Part shown: piece by piece, positions 1-9,063 of the stretch
Numbering within the stretch: the stretch's first letter is position 1
Layout: every line of letters starts with the position of its first letter
Source: Escherichia phage vB_EcoM_UP17
Length of the DNA stretch: 64,000 nucleotides
Direction: 5' to 3' (one strand)
Sequence record: LR746137
Made by a program: the position numbers and the translations under genes
Notes under the pieces: model-generated
Seen by the model: the letters and a program-made list of their open reading frames with translations, nothing else
Databases searched by the model: none
What the model was told of the DNA's origin: nothing

Positions 1-762
1 CCTGTGGCACGAGTTTGAAGATTAACACCAATACCTGCGTTATTCAACGTATACTCATGAGCTAAGTAATTAGCAATGGCTAAAGACTCTGCCGTATCGT
101 CTGCACGGAACAAACAACAAGACGCACTTCCTTTGATTGGAGTTCGTAGAGTTGTCAGATACGGCGATGGCAGATTAATCTTAAGATCGCTAACATAAGT
201 ATAAAGTTTTTTAATATCTTCTATACGGCGTTCTTTTGGTTGGATCTCCATAACCTTCATTGCGATACCAATGAAAAGAAACTGTGGAGACTCATGCACC
301 ACATCGTTTACTGCATCTCGAATAAGATATTTATCTACCATCTGACGTAAAACAGAATAACCATAAGTTAGATTTTTATTATGCTTTACAATCTTACCGA
401 TTTCTTTGATCTCTTCATCAGTATAATCCATTTTAGCCCAATGTCCACGTTCTACCATATCATGATAAAAGGTATTCAGTGAAGGGATACTGTGGTATCC
501 CCCATGAGCCTGTTTGTAAATCATACCCAGAAGAAGTCTTCCTGCCATATCACTGTAAGCTTGTGTTTTCTTGTCAATACACGCTGCAATCATTGCTTTA
601 TGCAGATCACGTGTAGACACACCGTCATAACACCGCTTCACAGCTTCTAATTCAATTTCAGACCAGTTTAGTTTACCTGCTGCAAATTCAGACCACTTGC
701 GAAGTTTTTCTGGATTAAACTCCTCTGTCTTACCGTTAGATTTAGTTACAAAACGAATCAAC
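1..762 (-). CDS. nrdA: ribonucleotide reductase class Ia large subunit, N-terminal ~254 codons; C-terminus lies beyond window start
   Basis: Minus-strand frame opens at TTG 762-760 behind GGGAGGA; translation FVTKSNGKTEEFNPEKLRKW (ATP-cone) ... KINLPSPYLTTLRTPIKGSASCCLF ... AGIGVNLQTRA aligns with the E. coli NrdA N-terminal region from memory. Confidence 0.8.
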
Positions 763-777
763 TTCTCCTCCCTATTA

Positions 778-1032
778 TTAATGCATATTCAAAACATCTA
801 CATCATAACCGAACTTCATTTCATTAAAAAGTCCATTAGCATATAGAAAACCTTCAAAATGAGTTATGTCATCAAACCCTTTTGCTTTTGCTCGACGGTC
901 TGCTTCTTGTCTTTTAGGAGATAAACGTTTTGAAGTGTCTAGAATTACAGTTACATTACAACCAACAGTTTCATCAAAATAGACTTCGATTTCACAGCCT
1001 TCATATTTATTATCAGTCATTGTCCCTCTCAT
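778..1032 (-). CDS. hypothetical protein (84 aa)
   Basis: ORF from track between nrdA and thyX block; no motif recognised. Confidence 0.4.
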   Translation of the reverse strand: MRGTMTDNKYEGCEIEVYFDETVGCNVTVILDTSKRLSPKRQEADRRAKAKGFDDITHFEGFLYANGLFNEMKFGYDVDVLNMH

Positions 1033-1472
1033 TGATTAGTATCATCTGCTTTCGCAGGATCATAAGAGTTACCGAAATCATCCATCTTAATATGTGACGC
1101 ACCCCAACCTGTAAATTCTTCATCACCAAAATGAAAAATATCATTTTCTTGATAGATTCGTTTAAAACCACAATTAGGTGAAACAGGGAAAGTGAAAAGC
1201 GTTGTATTTGAAAACACTACTCGCTTATCGTTATTGCTTCGGATATTCACATTACGCTCAACAGAATAGTGTGAATCTTCAGCCATACCCAGCATTACAA
1301 GCGACGCTCTAATAACAGCATTTTGTTTCTCGTGTGGGATATTGCCATTGTGTTTATTTGATTCTAGTTTCCAGATAGGGGTAGACATTACAGTAGACAT
1401 GCTTACGGTAGCCCAAGTTGTAGTATTTACTAATGACATATTTTCTCCTTCATTTTGAATGGGAGGACTCAC
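1029..1472 (-). CDS. hypothetical protein (147 aa)
   Basis: ORF from track, start overlaps upstream stop; no motif recognised. Confidence 0.4.
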   Translation of the reverse strand: MSPPIQNEGENMSLVNTTTWATVSMSTVMSTPIWKLESNKHNGNIPHEKQNAVIRASLVMLGMAEDSHYSVERNVNIRSNNDKRVVFSNTTLFTFPVSPNCGFKRIYQENDIFHFGDEEFTGWGASHIKMDDFGNSYDPAKADDTNQ

Positions 1473-1537
1473 CTCCTCCCAGTATTGTGCTATATTATAC
1501 TAAAACTAATACTAAAGTCAATAACTATTTAAACAGA

Positions 1538-2536
1538 TCACCATTTAGTATGATTTGTTAAAAGTTGACGATGTTGAATCCAGCCTTTGAAATTGCCAGA
1601 CCAAAACTTACCATTACGATCTACATGGGTAATACCTGGTTCCCAAGAGTTAAAATCCCAAGGAGCATTGATAAACAAATCTTCAAAACAGTTCTCTCCA
1701 TATTGTTCGCATGTTTCTTGAATTGGAGTGGCTTGATGTTCAAACGGAGAAGCATGAACCTTGCGCCCAGTCAGCAAACGACCATAGATATCTAAAGCTT
1801 TATCTTTAGTTGCATTTAAACGACGATAGCTAACCTGTGCACAACATGAAGCTGAAATAGCTTTGGCTTCTTCCAAAGTAAGCACAACAACTTCTCCAGA
1901 TTCATCTTGAACGTAGTATCCACCAAAAACAAAATGATCGTCACCTTCTGTGCCAATATTATCGTAGAAATGGTCTACATAAGGTGTGTGCCATTGCCCT
2001 GGTTTCAGCACTTCTGGTGTAGATCCTTCATACTCTTTGTGCATCTCTTTAGCCAAAGCTTCGATAGTAGGATCGGCTTCTTTGTCATCACGTAGCCACC
2101 AGAAATTTTCATATTCTGTTGCTGTCAGAACTGTTTTAATTCGTTGGAAAGGTTCCAGAAGACGGTTTGCAACTTGTTTGTGGTACCCTGCCAAAGAGAA
2201 TTCTTCTGCAAAACGTGCTGCACTAAGCGCGGCAAGATCCCACCACTCTTGAGCAGTATAACCTGCATCAATAAGAGCGTCATGATCAACACCTTTATCC
2301 TGCATACCAGGTTGGTTAGCCCCAAAACGATAAGGACGAGCAGGTTGATTTCGCACCATTTCAATCAGTGTTTTAACAGGTATAGCACGGCTAGAAGCAG
2401 CATTACGACTGAACAGGCGGTGAGTCATCAATTCTGAATGAATAATACGTGGATATTCTAGTTCAAAAGTTACAATCTCTTTTCCGTCTTCAGTGATGGA
2501 ATGCGCAATAATACTAGCCGAAATCTGTTTTGTCAT
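1538..2536 (-). CDS. thyX: flavin-dependent thymidylate synthase
   Basis: Contains THRLFSRNAASSRAIP, matching the ThyX signature RHRxxSxxxxSxR; lies among nucleotide-metabolism genes. Confidence 0.7.
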   Translation of the reverse strand: MTKQISASIIAHSITEDGKEIVTFELEYPRIIHSELMTHRLFSRNAASSRAIPVKTLIEMVRNQPARPYRFGANQPGMQDKGVDHDALIDAGYTAQEWWDLAALSAARFAEEFSLAGYHKQVANRLLEPFQRIKTVLTATEYENFWWLRDDKEADPTIEALAKEMHKEYEGSTPEVLKPGQWHTPYVDHFYDNIGTEGDDHFVFGGYYVQDESGEVVVLTLEEAKAISASCCAQVSYRRLNATKDKALDIYGRLLTGRKVHASPFEHQATPIQETCEQYGENCFEDLFINAPWDFNSWEPGITHVDRNGKFWSGNFKGWIQHRQLLTNHTKW

Positions 2537-2545
2537 TTTTTCTCC

Positions 2546-3154
2546 TTAGTTTTTAAAATTGTTCAAAGTGTTAAAAACATCCAAACATGTTAGCCACTGA
2601 TCTTCTAAACCTGTGATCACAACATTTGGTTTTTTCTTTAGTTCTTCTAGATGATTATCTTTATAAGGCGTATTAAAATATATTTTAACCACTTCATCTG
2701 GAAAATATAGTAGGTTATCAGCCCTGTCATCTATTGCTATATCACAAGGCAATAAGTATTTTTCTTTCGTAGCAAAAAAGCCGTTACCAGATCCTTTGCT
2801 AAAATCAATCGTATCTAACGTTCTTAAAACATGCTTATGTTTAGAACTTAAGTGACCACCTTTTGTCACACTTGCGATCAAAAGATTGCTACCTTTCCTT
2901 GAAACATACTTTAAGAAATCTGGCATACCTGGAACAAAACCCATTGTATCATAGAGATGAGGATTATCCAGAAATCCGTAAGGATCTATATTGAACTCCT
3001 CCCTGAAACCAGGAAAGTAGTTGGTAAGATCATAGTCTGCATTTTTTGTGAATGTGTCTATCTTAACACCAAGTCCACTAATCTTATTCAACCATTCTAA
3101 CCAAGCAACATCTAATGGAGCCACAACTAAATCCCAATCACATACTATCTGCAT
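2546..3154 (-). CDS. HAD-superfamily nucleotidase-like protein (possible 5'-deoxynucleotidase)
   Basis: N-terminal CDWDLVV (DxD-type HAD motif I) and later IAIDDRADN (acidic motif); adjacent to thyX. Confidence 0.4.
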   Translation of the reverse strand: MQIVCDWDLVVAPLDVAWLEWLNKISGLGVKIDTFTKNADYDLTNYFPGFREEFNIDPYGFLDNPHLYDTMGFVPGMPDFLKYVSRKGSNLLIASVTKGGHLSSKHKHVLRTLDTIDFSKGSGNGFFATKEKYLLPCDIAIDDRADNLLYFPDEVVKIYFNTPYKDNHLEELKKKPNVVITGLEDQWLTCLDVFNTLNNFKN

Positions 3155-3190
3155 AAAACCTCCTCTCTCTTTTAGTATAGTTATCTTATA

Positions 3191-3766
3191 CTAACTTTCA
3201 ATTTCCTGCAATAGGATTTTGACTATTTGTTTGCGGCGTTTCGCTACTGTGCTTTCAGGTTCTATTTTACGCTTCTTCAACCAAGCTTTATCTTTCTTAG
3301 CTCTACACAAAGCTATTGCTTCTTTTTCAGCTTTCGCTTCTTCAAAAGATATACCTTGTTTATCTGCATAAGCAAGAATAGAGTTGCACAATTTACAAAC
3401 CATTCGCAAATCTTCTTCTTTCACATAGATCAAACGGAAAACAAAAAGGGGAATATCCTCAAAACATTGAAGTTGTTTTGCTGCGTGAATATGATCCACT
3501 TGGAAGTCTTTCATTCCTCCTCTGTGTCCACATATTTCGCACTCACAATTCCAAACTTGTTTTGGTTTTCCAGTTTTCTTGTCTATCATCACATTGCCGT
3601 CTTTATCTACACGATCAACTTTAAAACGCCTTGCATTGATAACCTTAATTTTATTAGGGTGTCTCATCCATGCTTTTCTAAAACATCCCCTAAGATAAGT
3701 ATAAAATTCAGCTTGTGTTTTCCAGGGTGTTCCTTCACCCCACATTATTTTTGGTTCATCTGCCAA
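3191..3766 (-). CDS. HNH endonuclease (free-standing homing-endonuclease-like)
   Basis: CECEICGHRGGMKDFQVDHIHAAK ... CKLCNSIL: Cys pairs flanking a His-rich HNH core. Confidence 0.6.
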   Translation of the reverse strand: MADEPKIMWGEGTPWKTQAEFYTYLRGCFRKAWMRHPNKIKVINARRFKVDRVDKDGNVMIDKKTGKPKQVWNCECEICGHRGGMKDFQVDHIHAAKQLQCFEDIPLFVFRLIYVKEEDLRMVCKLCNSILAYADKQGISFEEAKAEKEAIALCRAKKDKAWLKKRKIEPESTVAKRRKQIVKILLQEIES

Positions 3767-3933
3767 TATTGCTCACCTTTTTAGCTGTATATTCCCCTGG
3801 TGGGATATTGTGTTTAAAAAACAAAAGGCGGTCTAACCCCGCCTTGCACATTGTTTCTGGAATAGTCAAAGTTAGTAAAAGTTTATCACCTTTTCGGTTG
3901 AATATTTTATAAACTTCTCCTGCTCCATATTGT

Positions 3934-4335
3934 TTAGTATTGCTCGCCACTAATACGTTCCTTAAGTTGTTTAATAGCTTCGATTGCATCTACATAAGAA
4001 GAGTTATACATGTGTTTCAGTGCTACTCGTACTAAAGGATCTTTTGTGAAGAAATCAATAAGAAGCATAGCTTGATCATGTTTAGCTGCATTTGTCATAG
4101 ATGGATAATTTTCACGAACCATATACGTGTTATTTTGCATAAGGGTTCTTTCTAGTTCAATACAATGAATAGCTTTATCTAGGTTAATCTGACGTTCACC
4201 TTTAATACGTGTTGCGTATTTTGCCAATTTGCAAAAACAAGGTGTGCCACCAACCAAATAAGCTAGTTCAATAGGTTGCATTGCCATTTTTGTGTAGTGA
4301 TCACCGTCAACCTGATTATCAAAAGCATTAGACAT
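3934..4335 (-). CDS. hypothetical protein (133 aa)
   Basis: ORF from track; no motif recognised. Confidence 0.4.
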   Translation of the reverse strand: MSNAFDNQVDGDHYTKMAMQPIELAYLVGGTPCFCKLAKYATRIKGERQINLDKAIHCIELERTLMQNNTYMVRENYPSMTNAAKHDQAMLLIDFFTKDPLVRVALKHMYNSSYVDAIEAIKQLKERISGEQY

Positions 4336-4600
4336 AATTTTCCTCCTGAATTCCTACTGCGCCTTCTTCTGGGTAGTCTGTATAATAAGCTACCCTACCT
4401 TGATAGATAACATCACCATCATCATTGTAGATTGCTGTATCTTCTTGAATTGTTATTTCAACGTCAAGTAAATCTGGGTCTTTCTCGATGGTATAGTTTA
4501 GACCTAACATTTCAAACAGTTCGAAAATTTCGTTACCTGTTAATGTAATGCTCATATTTCCTCCTTTTATTGTGGTTAGCAGAGTATACACTAATATCAA
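4328..4600 (-). CDS. hypothetical acidic protein (90 aa)
   Basis: ORF from track overlapping the upstream stop by 8 nt. Confidence 0.35.
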   Translation of the reverse strand: MILVYTLLTTIKGGNMSITLTGNEIFELFEMLGLNYTIEKDPDLLDVEITIQEDTAIYNDDGDVIYQGRVAYYTDYPEEGAVGIQEENYV

Positions 4601-4611
4601 ATTTTTGTCAA

Positions 4612-4635
4612 TAAAAAAGGGAGCAATAAGCTCCC
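4612..4635 (-). terminator. putative rho-independent terminator (minus strand)
   Basis: GGGAGC-AATAA-GCTCCC hairpin; on the minus strand it is followed by TTTTTTATT, immediately downstream of the 4642 stop. Confidence 0.45.
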
Positions 4636-4641
4636 TGATTA

Positions 4642-5601
4642 TTAGATTCCAATAATAGTTGCTGCTCGTTTATCTTTGGATCTGGTGTTTGCTCTACTAC
4701 GTGACAAACCTCCACAAGATTCACAACGAATGATATCGAAAGAACTTACCGCAGTGTGGTATTGCTTACCAGTAACAACGTGAACATGATCACTGCCGCA
4801 ACGAGAACAACGGACTTTCTCATCTGGGTAATAAGCGGATAAGTTAGGATGCTGTGGAATCCACGGAAGGATTTTCATATACAAATCACGGAGTGAAACA
4901 ACATCGCCATCATTGTAAATCTGCATACGTTCAAAAGCATCACGATCACCTTCACAACATGCTTTCCATAAAGGGAACCCCTCGTTATCCAGTTTTTCAC
5001 TTTCTGTTTCGAAATATGCTCCCATTTCTTTAAGGGAGTTGGAAGGAAGTGCAAATTGTTTCTTAGCTGCCTTCAATGTATCAACAACTACATAATTAGA
5101 AGGAGGAGCCATATCGTGATATGCAAATCGTTGGTTAATGTATGCACGGTCAAACTTATACCCGTTGTGTGCCACAACTACATCTGCCTCATTCAGAAGG
5201 TTCCACAGATCTTGGCAAAGCTCCCAATCATCTGTATGATCAATATCAAAAAGAGGATAAGAAGACAAGTTCTTACCTTCCACTTCACCAGTATACAGGT
5301 CAGCAGAAGAGTAAGATAACAAATAACCCCTACGAATTACTTGATCTGGAGAAATGAAGGCTTTGAATCGACGGAAAGTATATGCAATCTCTGGTGCAGT
5401 TTCAACATCAATAATTTTAATAACGGGTTGTTTCTTTTTAACTGGCTCTTGTTTACTTGCTCCAAATCGTGCAAGGAAATCGTTCACTGTGCTTTTTCTT
5501 GTTGGACTACCTAAAACAATTGCTGCAATATTGCGAGAAGACATACCCTCTGCACTCATACTAAGGATATCTGCTTTCTGCTCTTCTGTTAATCTGCTCA
5601 C
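4642..5601 (-). CDS. DnaQ-like 3'-5' exonuclease with N-terminal HTH and C-terminal zinc ribbon
   Basis: IKIIDVETAPE (Exo I DxE) and VVAHNGYKFDRAY (Exo II HNxxFD); N-terminal SSRNIAAIVLGSPTRKSTVNDF HTH-like; C-terminal CSRCGSDH...CESCGG. Confidence 0.55.
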   Translation of the reverse strand: MSRLTEEQKADILSMSAEGMSSRNIAAIVLGSPTRKSTVNDFLARFGASKQEPVKKKQPVIKIIDVETAPEIAYTFRRFKAFISPDQVIRRGYLLSYSSADLYTGEVEGKNLSSYPLFDIDHTDDWELCQDLWNLLNEADVVVAHNGYKFDRAYINQRFAYHDMAPPSNYVVVDTLKAAKKQFALPSNSLKEMGAYFETESEKLDNEGFPLWKACCEGDRDAFERMQIYNDGDVVSLRDLYMKILPWIPQHPNLSAYYPDEKVRCSRCGSDHVHVVTGKQYHTAVSSFDIIRCESCGGLSRSRANTRSKDKRAATIIGI

Positions 5602-6287
5602 TCTGCCTCCTGTTGCGAGATGTATGACTGAAGCATACTCTCAAATGTTGTATCGTCATTATCCCAGCGTTTCATGTATACCAACTGGAAAATTGTTTCT
5701 ATCCATTCATCTGTTGTCATATGGACTTCTTCTCCATCCCAAGAAGTAAAATTAACACCATCTGGGAACCACGAGTAGTAAGTATCTTTAACTGTTTGGA
5801 AAAGCTCTGCTTGAGTTTTACAAGCTGAGAGAAGATTAAAACAAGTAATATCTCCAAACTTAATATCAAAATCTTGATAAGGTCGGATACTATCTGTTTT
5901 ATCTCCCATTAGCATCTGATAGGCTAACCAATAACTTCCCCAACCTTTAACTTCTTTCTTTTTACCTTTATCTACGATCCATATGTCGCCAATAGACTCG
6001 TCAATAAGAATTATATCTGGATTTTTAAATACTCCATCCTCTTTGTAGAAATTAAAAAGGATACTAGGAGTATGTAAACTATCTTTATCTATAGACACTA
6101 CAATATAAGAAAATTTACCCGTCCTTTTATAATCTTTATAACCTTGGAAACCATACTTCTCTAACTCATCGTCAGCCTCTATTACAGTAACAACATCGCC
6201 ATTGTGGAATTCCACAAGATAATCTTTGGTTTCTGAAAGCTGAAGTGGTTTGATATCTAATCGTTCAGACTTATATTCTACAGGCAT
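5598..6287 (-). CDS. hypothetical protein; ATG-initiated part of a longer open frame (see findings)
   Basis: 229-aa ORF from ATG 6287; same frame stays open with no ATG/GTG/TTG/CTG for 147 further codons up to the stop of the 6729-6938 ORF. Confidence 0.4.
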   Translation of the reverse strand: MPVEYKSERLDIKPLQLSETKDYLVEFHNGDVVTVIEADDELEKYGFQGYKDYKRTGKFSYIVVSIDKDSLHTPSILFNFYKEDGVFKNPDIILIDESIGDIWIVDKGKKKEVKGWGSYWLAYQMLMGDKTDSIRPYQDFDIKFGDITCFNLLSACKTQAELFQTVKDTYYSWFPDGVNFTSWDGEEVHMTTDEWIETIFQLVYMKRWDNDDTTFESMLQSYISQQEAE

Positions 6288-6728
6288 TTTGAAGGCGTGT
6301 CTGAAAGTTTTTCCTACGCCAATAACTCCGCAATATTTTTCTAAACGTAGATGTTTTAGAATACCTAAGACTTTTGTTTTAGCTGCTTGGAAGGTGTGTC
6401 CGATATCTTCTGGCGGGTATTGCTTATCAATGATTTCGAACTCTTCCTTTGTGAAGGGACGTTTGTTTTTGGAGGCTCTTTCTGCATTTGTATCTCCTAG
6501 CCAACCTCCAATCTTAGTCTTGCTTTTACCCCAAAACTCTGTCTTATTTTTAAATTCCTTTTGAGCACCTGAAGGGATGTGCTTTGCAATGATTGTTCTT
6601 TTCTCTAATGCAGACGCTGCTTGGAAAGCGATCTGATCATAATCAATTGCAGCTATTGTTTCTTCGTTGACATATAAATGAAGATCTTCAGGTTTAATTA
6701 AAATATAACCGCTAATATTTCCCCCTAA

Positions 6729-6938
6729 TTATTCATCGTCATCCTCTGTTGAGGATGTTTTAGTATACGGACATTGACGACTTTTCGGGATTGCTATAAC
6801 TTCATCTTGGTTAGCGTTAGAATAGTAGCAATATTTTGTATTGCCATTAACTTCAGAATCAGACAAGATTAAAGTAATTTGACCTGCTGCTACTGTGAAA
6901 CTAAAAGCTAAAAGAACGACTGTCAGAATCTTTTTCAT
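6729..6938 (-). CDS. small secreted protein or lipoprotein candidate (69 aa)
   Basis: N-terminal MKKILTVVLLAFSFTVAAGQ signal-peptide-like segment, acidic C-terminus EDDDE. Confidence 0.4.
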   Translation of the reverse strand: MKKILTVVLLAFSFTVAAGQITLILSDSEVNGNTKYCYYSNANQDEVIAIPKSRQCPYTKTSSTEDDDE

Positions 6939-7010
6939 AACGCCTCCTAAAAAGCCTACCTCATTAAGTAGGTAGGCATAATATCATAACTAATCCCGCA
7001 AGTCAAGAAC

Positions 7011-7889
7011 TTATTTAAGGATTGTTGCTTTGGTTAAATCTTCCATCAGACCTCGAATCTCATTGAAGCACAGAAGGACTGAAGCTTCAATACTACCTTC
7101 TTCGTCTGCAAAATATTTCGGAAAACGTAGTTTAGAAAGTTTAAACTCTTTATCCACTACAAAATCTACAACACCGTCATATTCAAGACCGATTGCAACC
7201 ACATCTTTACCATCTTCTTTTAGTTCGACAGCTTTAGACTCGTATAGGGATTCTTTACTCCAAACAACAACGCCCTCGCTATCCTCCATTTTGATATAAT
7301 TTCCGAGAGTAATACGATCTGCTTCGTGATTCTCCAGCAATTCACCAAAACCTTTTACAATAGCTTCTTCGTGCACACTAAAACCTACCGAAGGGAAAGT
7401 CCCCAGAACGGAACGGAGGAAAGAAGTAATCTCTTCTGCAACCTTTTTACTTCCATTAAGAACATAAAGAAGATTCGTAGTTTTATCCAAGACAACATAG
7501 TTAAAGAAATCTTCAGGTTCTGTTTCAGGCAATAGTGCAAATTCAATATCTTCCTTCATTGCTTTGACTACTTCTTTATCGACATAAAACTCTTTACCTT
7601 CGCTCTCCATGTCCTGACGCATTTCTTCTAGACGTTCATTCAGAATACGTTTAACTTTCTTTTTATCTACTTTCTTCACAGATTGACCTACATTAAGCAG
7701 TTCAAGATCTGAAAACTCTTTTACAAATTTAGAGTTATCTTCGAAACGAACAAGACCGATAGTGTGTGACTGGGAGCCTTCTGCTGTTACAAATTCCAGA
7801 GGAATATCTGTAATGCTGTTAAGGGATGCTACAGAAGCATTGTCACCAACAACCATAGGTAGAGCGGATTTAAAAGATTTTACAAACAT
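7011..7889 (-). CDS. RdgC-like recombination-associated protein
   Basis: TTNLLYVLNGSKKVAEEITSFLRSVLGTFPSVGFS resembles the RdgC core (VNGLIMVD...KAEDTLALLRKSLGSLPV) recalled from memory; size 292 aa fits. Confidence 0.5.
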   Translation of the reverse strand: MFVKSFKSALPMVVGDNASVASLNSITDIPLEFVTAEGSQSHTIGLVRFEDNSKFVKEFSDLELLNVGQSVKKVDKKKVKRILNERLEEMRQDMESEGKEFYVDKEVVKAMKEDIEFALLPETEPEDFFNYVVLDKTTNLLYVLNGSKKVAEEITSFLRSVLGTFPSVGFSVHEEAIVKGFGELLENHEADRITLGNYIKMEDSEGVVVWSKESLYESKAVELKEDGKDVVAIGLEYDGVVDFVVDKEFKLSKLRFPKYFADEEGSIEASVLLCFNEIRGLMEDLTKATILK

Positions 7890-7919
7890 GTTTCCTCCTA
7901 TTTAATACATCTCACATTA

Positions 7920-7936
7920 CCGCCCGTAAAGGGCGG
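7920..7936 (-). terminator. GC hairpin downstream of the 7946 stop (weak terminator or RNA-stability element)
   Basis: CCGCCC-GTAAA-GGGCGG perfect 6-bp stem; no clear U-tract. Confidence 0.25.
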
Positions 7937-7945
7937 CTTACAATA

Positions 7946-8671
7946 TTACTTGTTAATAATACCTGCAATATTAGGTTTGACAAAGGTTGATGGTTTCATG
8001 ATCTTACCTTTATCATCAAAGAACACATACACTTTCTGTTTTTCATTATAAACAGCATGAACACCAGTGTATGCCCCTTCTGGACGATTGGCATTTCGTT
8101 CTTCAATTGCAGCGCATTCTTGTGCAATGGCTGAATCGATATCCGAAGTTTTCCAAGTTTTCAGCAACTGTTGTTTAGTTGGATACTTGGAATCATTACT
8201 TTTCAATACCTCTTTAATAACTTTCTTTTCTGGATATTTTGAACGGATTAGGGTGTCACGAGACATACGCATAATACCAGCAGCCATTAGTGCCATTTGA
8301 ACTGGCTCTGTAAATGTTTGTTCCAAAGCATCAAAATCAGTATACACAGTTGGAGTAAAAACATCGCCTACAGCATAATCCAAGAAATTCATCGTATGTT
8401 CTTCACCAAAGAACATGTAAGTCAGATAACTTGATACTACAAAAATATCCGCCGCTGCATCCAAGAGTTCTACATGATCGTTTACTTTCGCGGCTGTTTC
8501 ATACTCTTTAAGCTCTTCACGAACGAACCCGATTTGGGACATAAATAGCTCTTGAGTGAATTCAGGTTGTTCACCACCTCGTGCTTTGGCATTCCAATCA
8601 ATTACGTGCTTTGCTGCATTTTTGAAAAATTCAGTATCGAATTTAATATCTTTAAAAAAATTCTCGATCAT
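7946..8671 (-). CDS. hypothetical protein, possible MazG-like NTP pyrophosphohydrolase
   Basis: REELKEYETAAKVNDHVELLDAAADIF gives an EExxE...DxxxD pattern like all-alpha NTP-PPases; weak. Confidence 0.3.
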   Translation of the reverse strand: MIENFFKDIKFDTEFFKNAAKHVIDWNAKARGGEQPEFTQELFMSQIGFVREELKEYETAAKVNDHVELLDAAADIFVVSSYLTYMFFGEEHTMNFLDYAVGDVFTPTVYTDFDALEQTFTEPVQMALMAAGIMRMSRDTLIRSKYPEKKVIKEVLKSNDSKYPTKQQLLKTWKTSDIDSAIAQECAAIEERNANRPEGAYTGVHAVYNEKQKVYVFFDDKGKIMKPSTFVKPNIAGIINK

Positions 8672-8680
8672 TATAACTCC

Positions 8681-8863
8681 TTATTTAAAATAGCTTTCTA
8701 GAAAGTTGCTAATATTTACTACAGACTCACCCATGTAAATCCCTGCGAAACCGAAAACAAGCATACGTGGAATATTGAAATACCATTTATCCGCCGGAAA
8801 AGATGCCAGAATTACAATAGCAATTGCTATCAACATCATAAGAATTGTTGCTAAAATTATCAT
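8681..8863 (-). CDS. small membrane protein (60 aa)
   Basis: Internal ATG at 8863 behind GGAGG; hydrophobic MIILATILMMLIAIAIVILASF; the longer track ORF lacks an RBS. Confidence 0.35.
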   Translation of the reverse strand: MIILATILMMLIAIAIVILASFPADKWYFNIPRMLVFGFAGIYMGESVVNISNFLESYFK

Positions 8864-9054
8864 AAAAATGCCTCCAGGTATTTTGCACAATGATAAGCTA
8901 AGAAACAAGAAACTACCGCATACCCAACTCCAGACATACATGAATCAATCGCAACACATACGGTTCTTTTCTTTGAGTTCTTAGGAAAGTTTTCCGAAGC
9001 ATTCATACAATAAAAAGAAAGCACACTGAAAACGATTAAAATGGCTAAGAACAT
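8860..9054 (-). CDS. small membrane protein (64 aa)
   Basis: Strong RBS TAAGGAGG before ATG; MFLAILIVFSVLSFY transmembrane segment; ATGA overlap with the next gene. Confidence 0.4.
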   Translation of the reverse strand: MFLAILIVFSVLSFYCMNASENFPKNSKKRTVCVAIDSCMSGVGYAVVSCFLAYHCAKYLEAFL

Positions 9055-9063
9055 TTTTCCTCC

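Noticed and set aside
5598-6728. Assignment of the extended ORF as a T4 RNase H/FEN-type 5'-3' exonuclease
   Set aside because: Only a short IAAIDYDQIA resemblance to an RNase-H-fold first strand; no ordered acidic catalytic motifs found.
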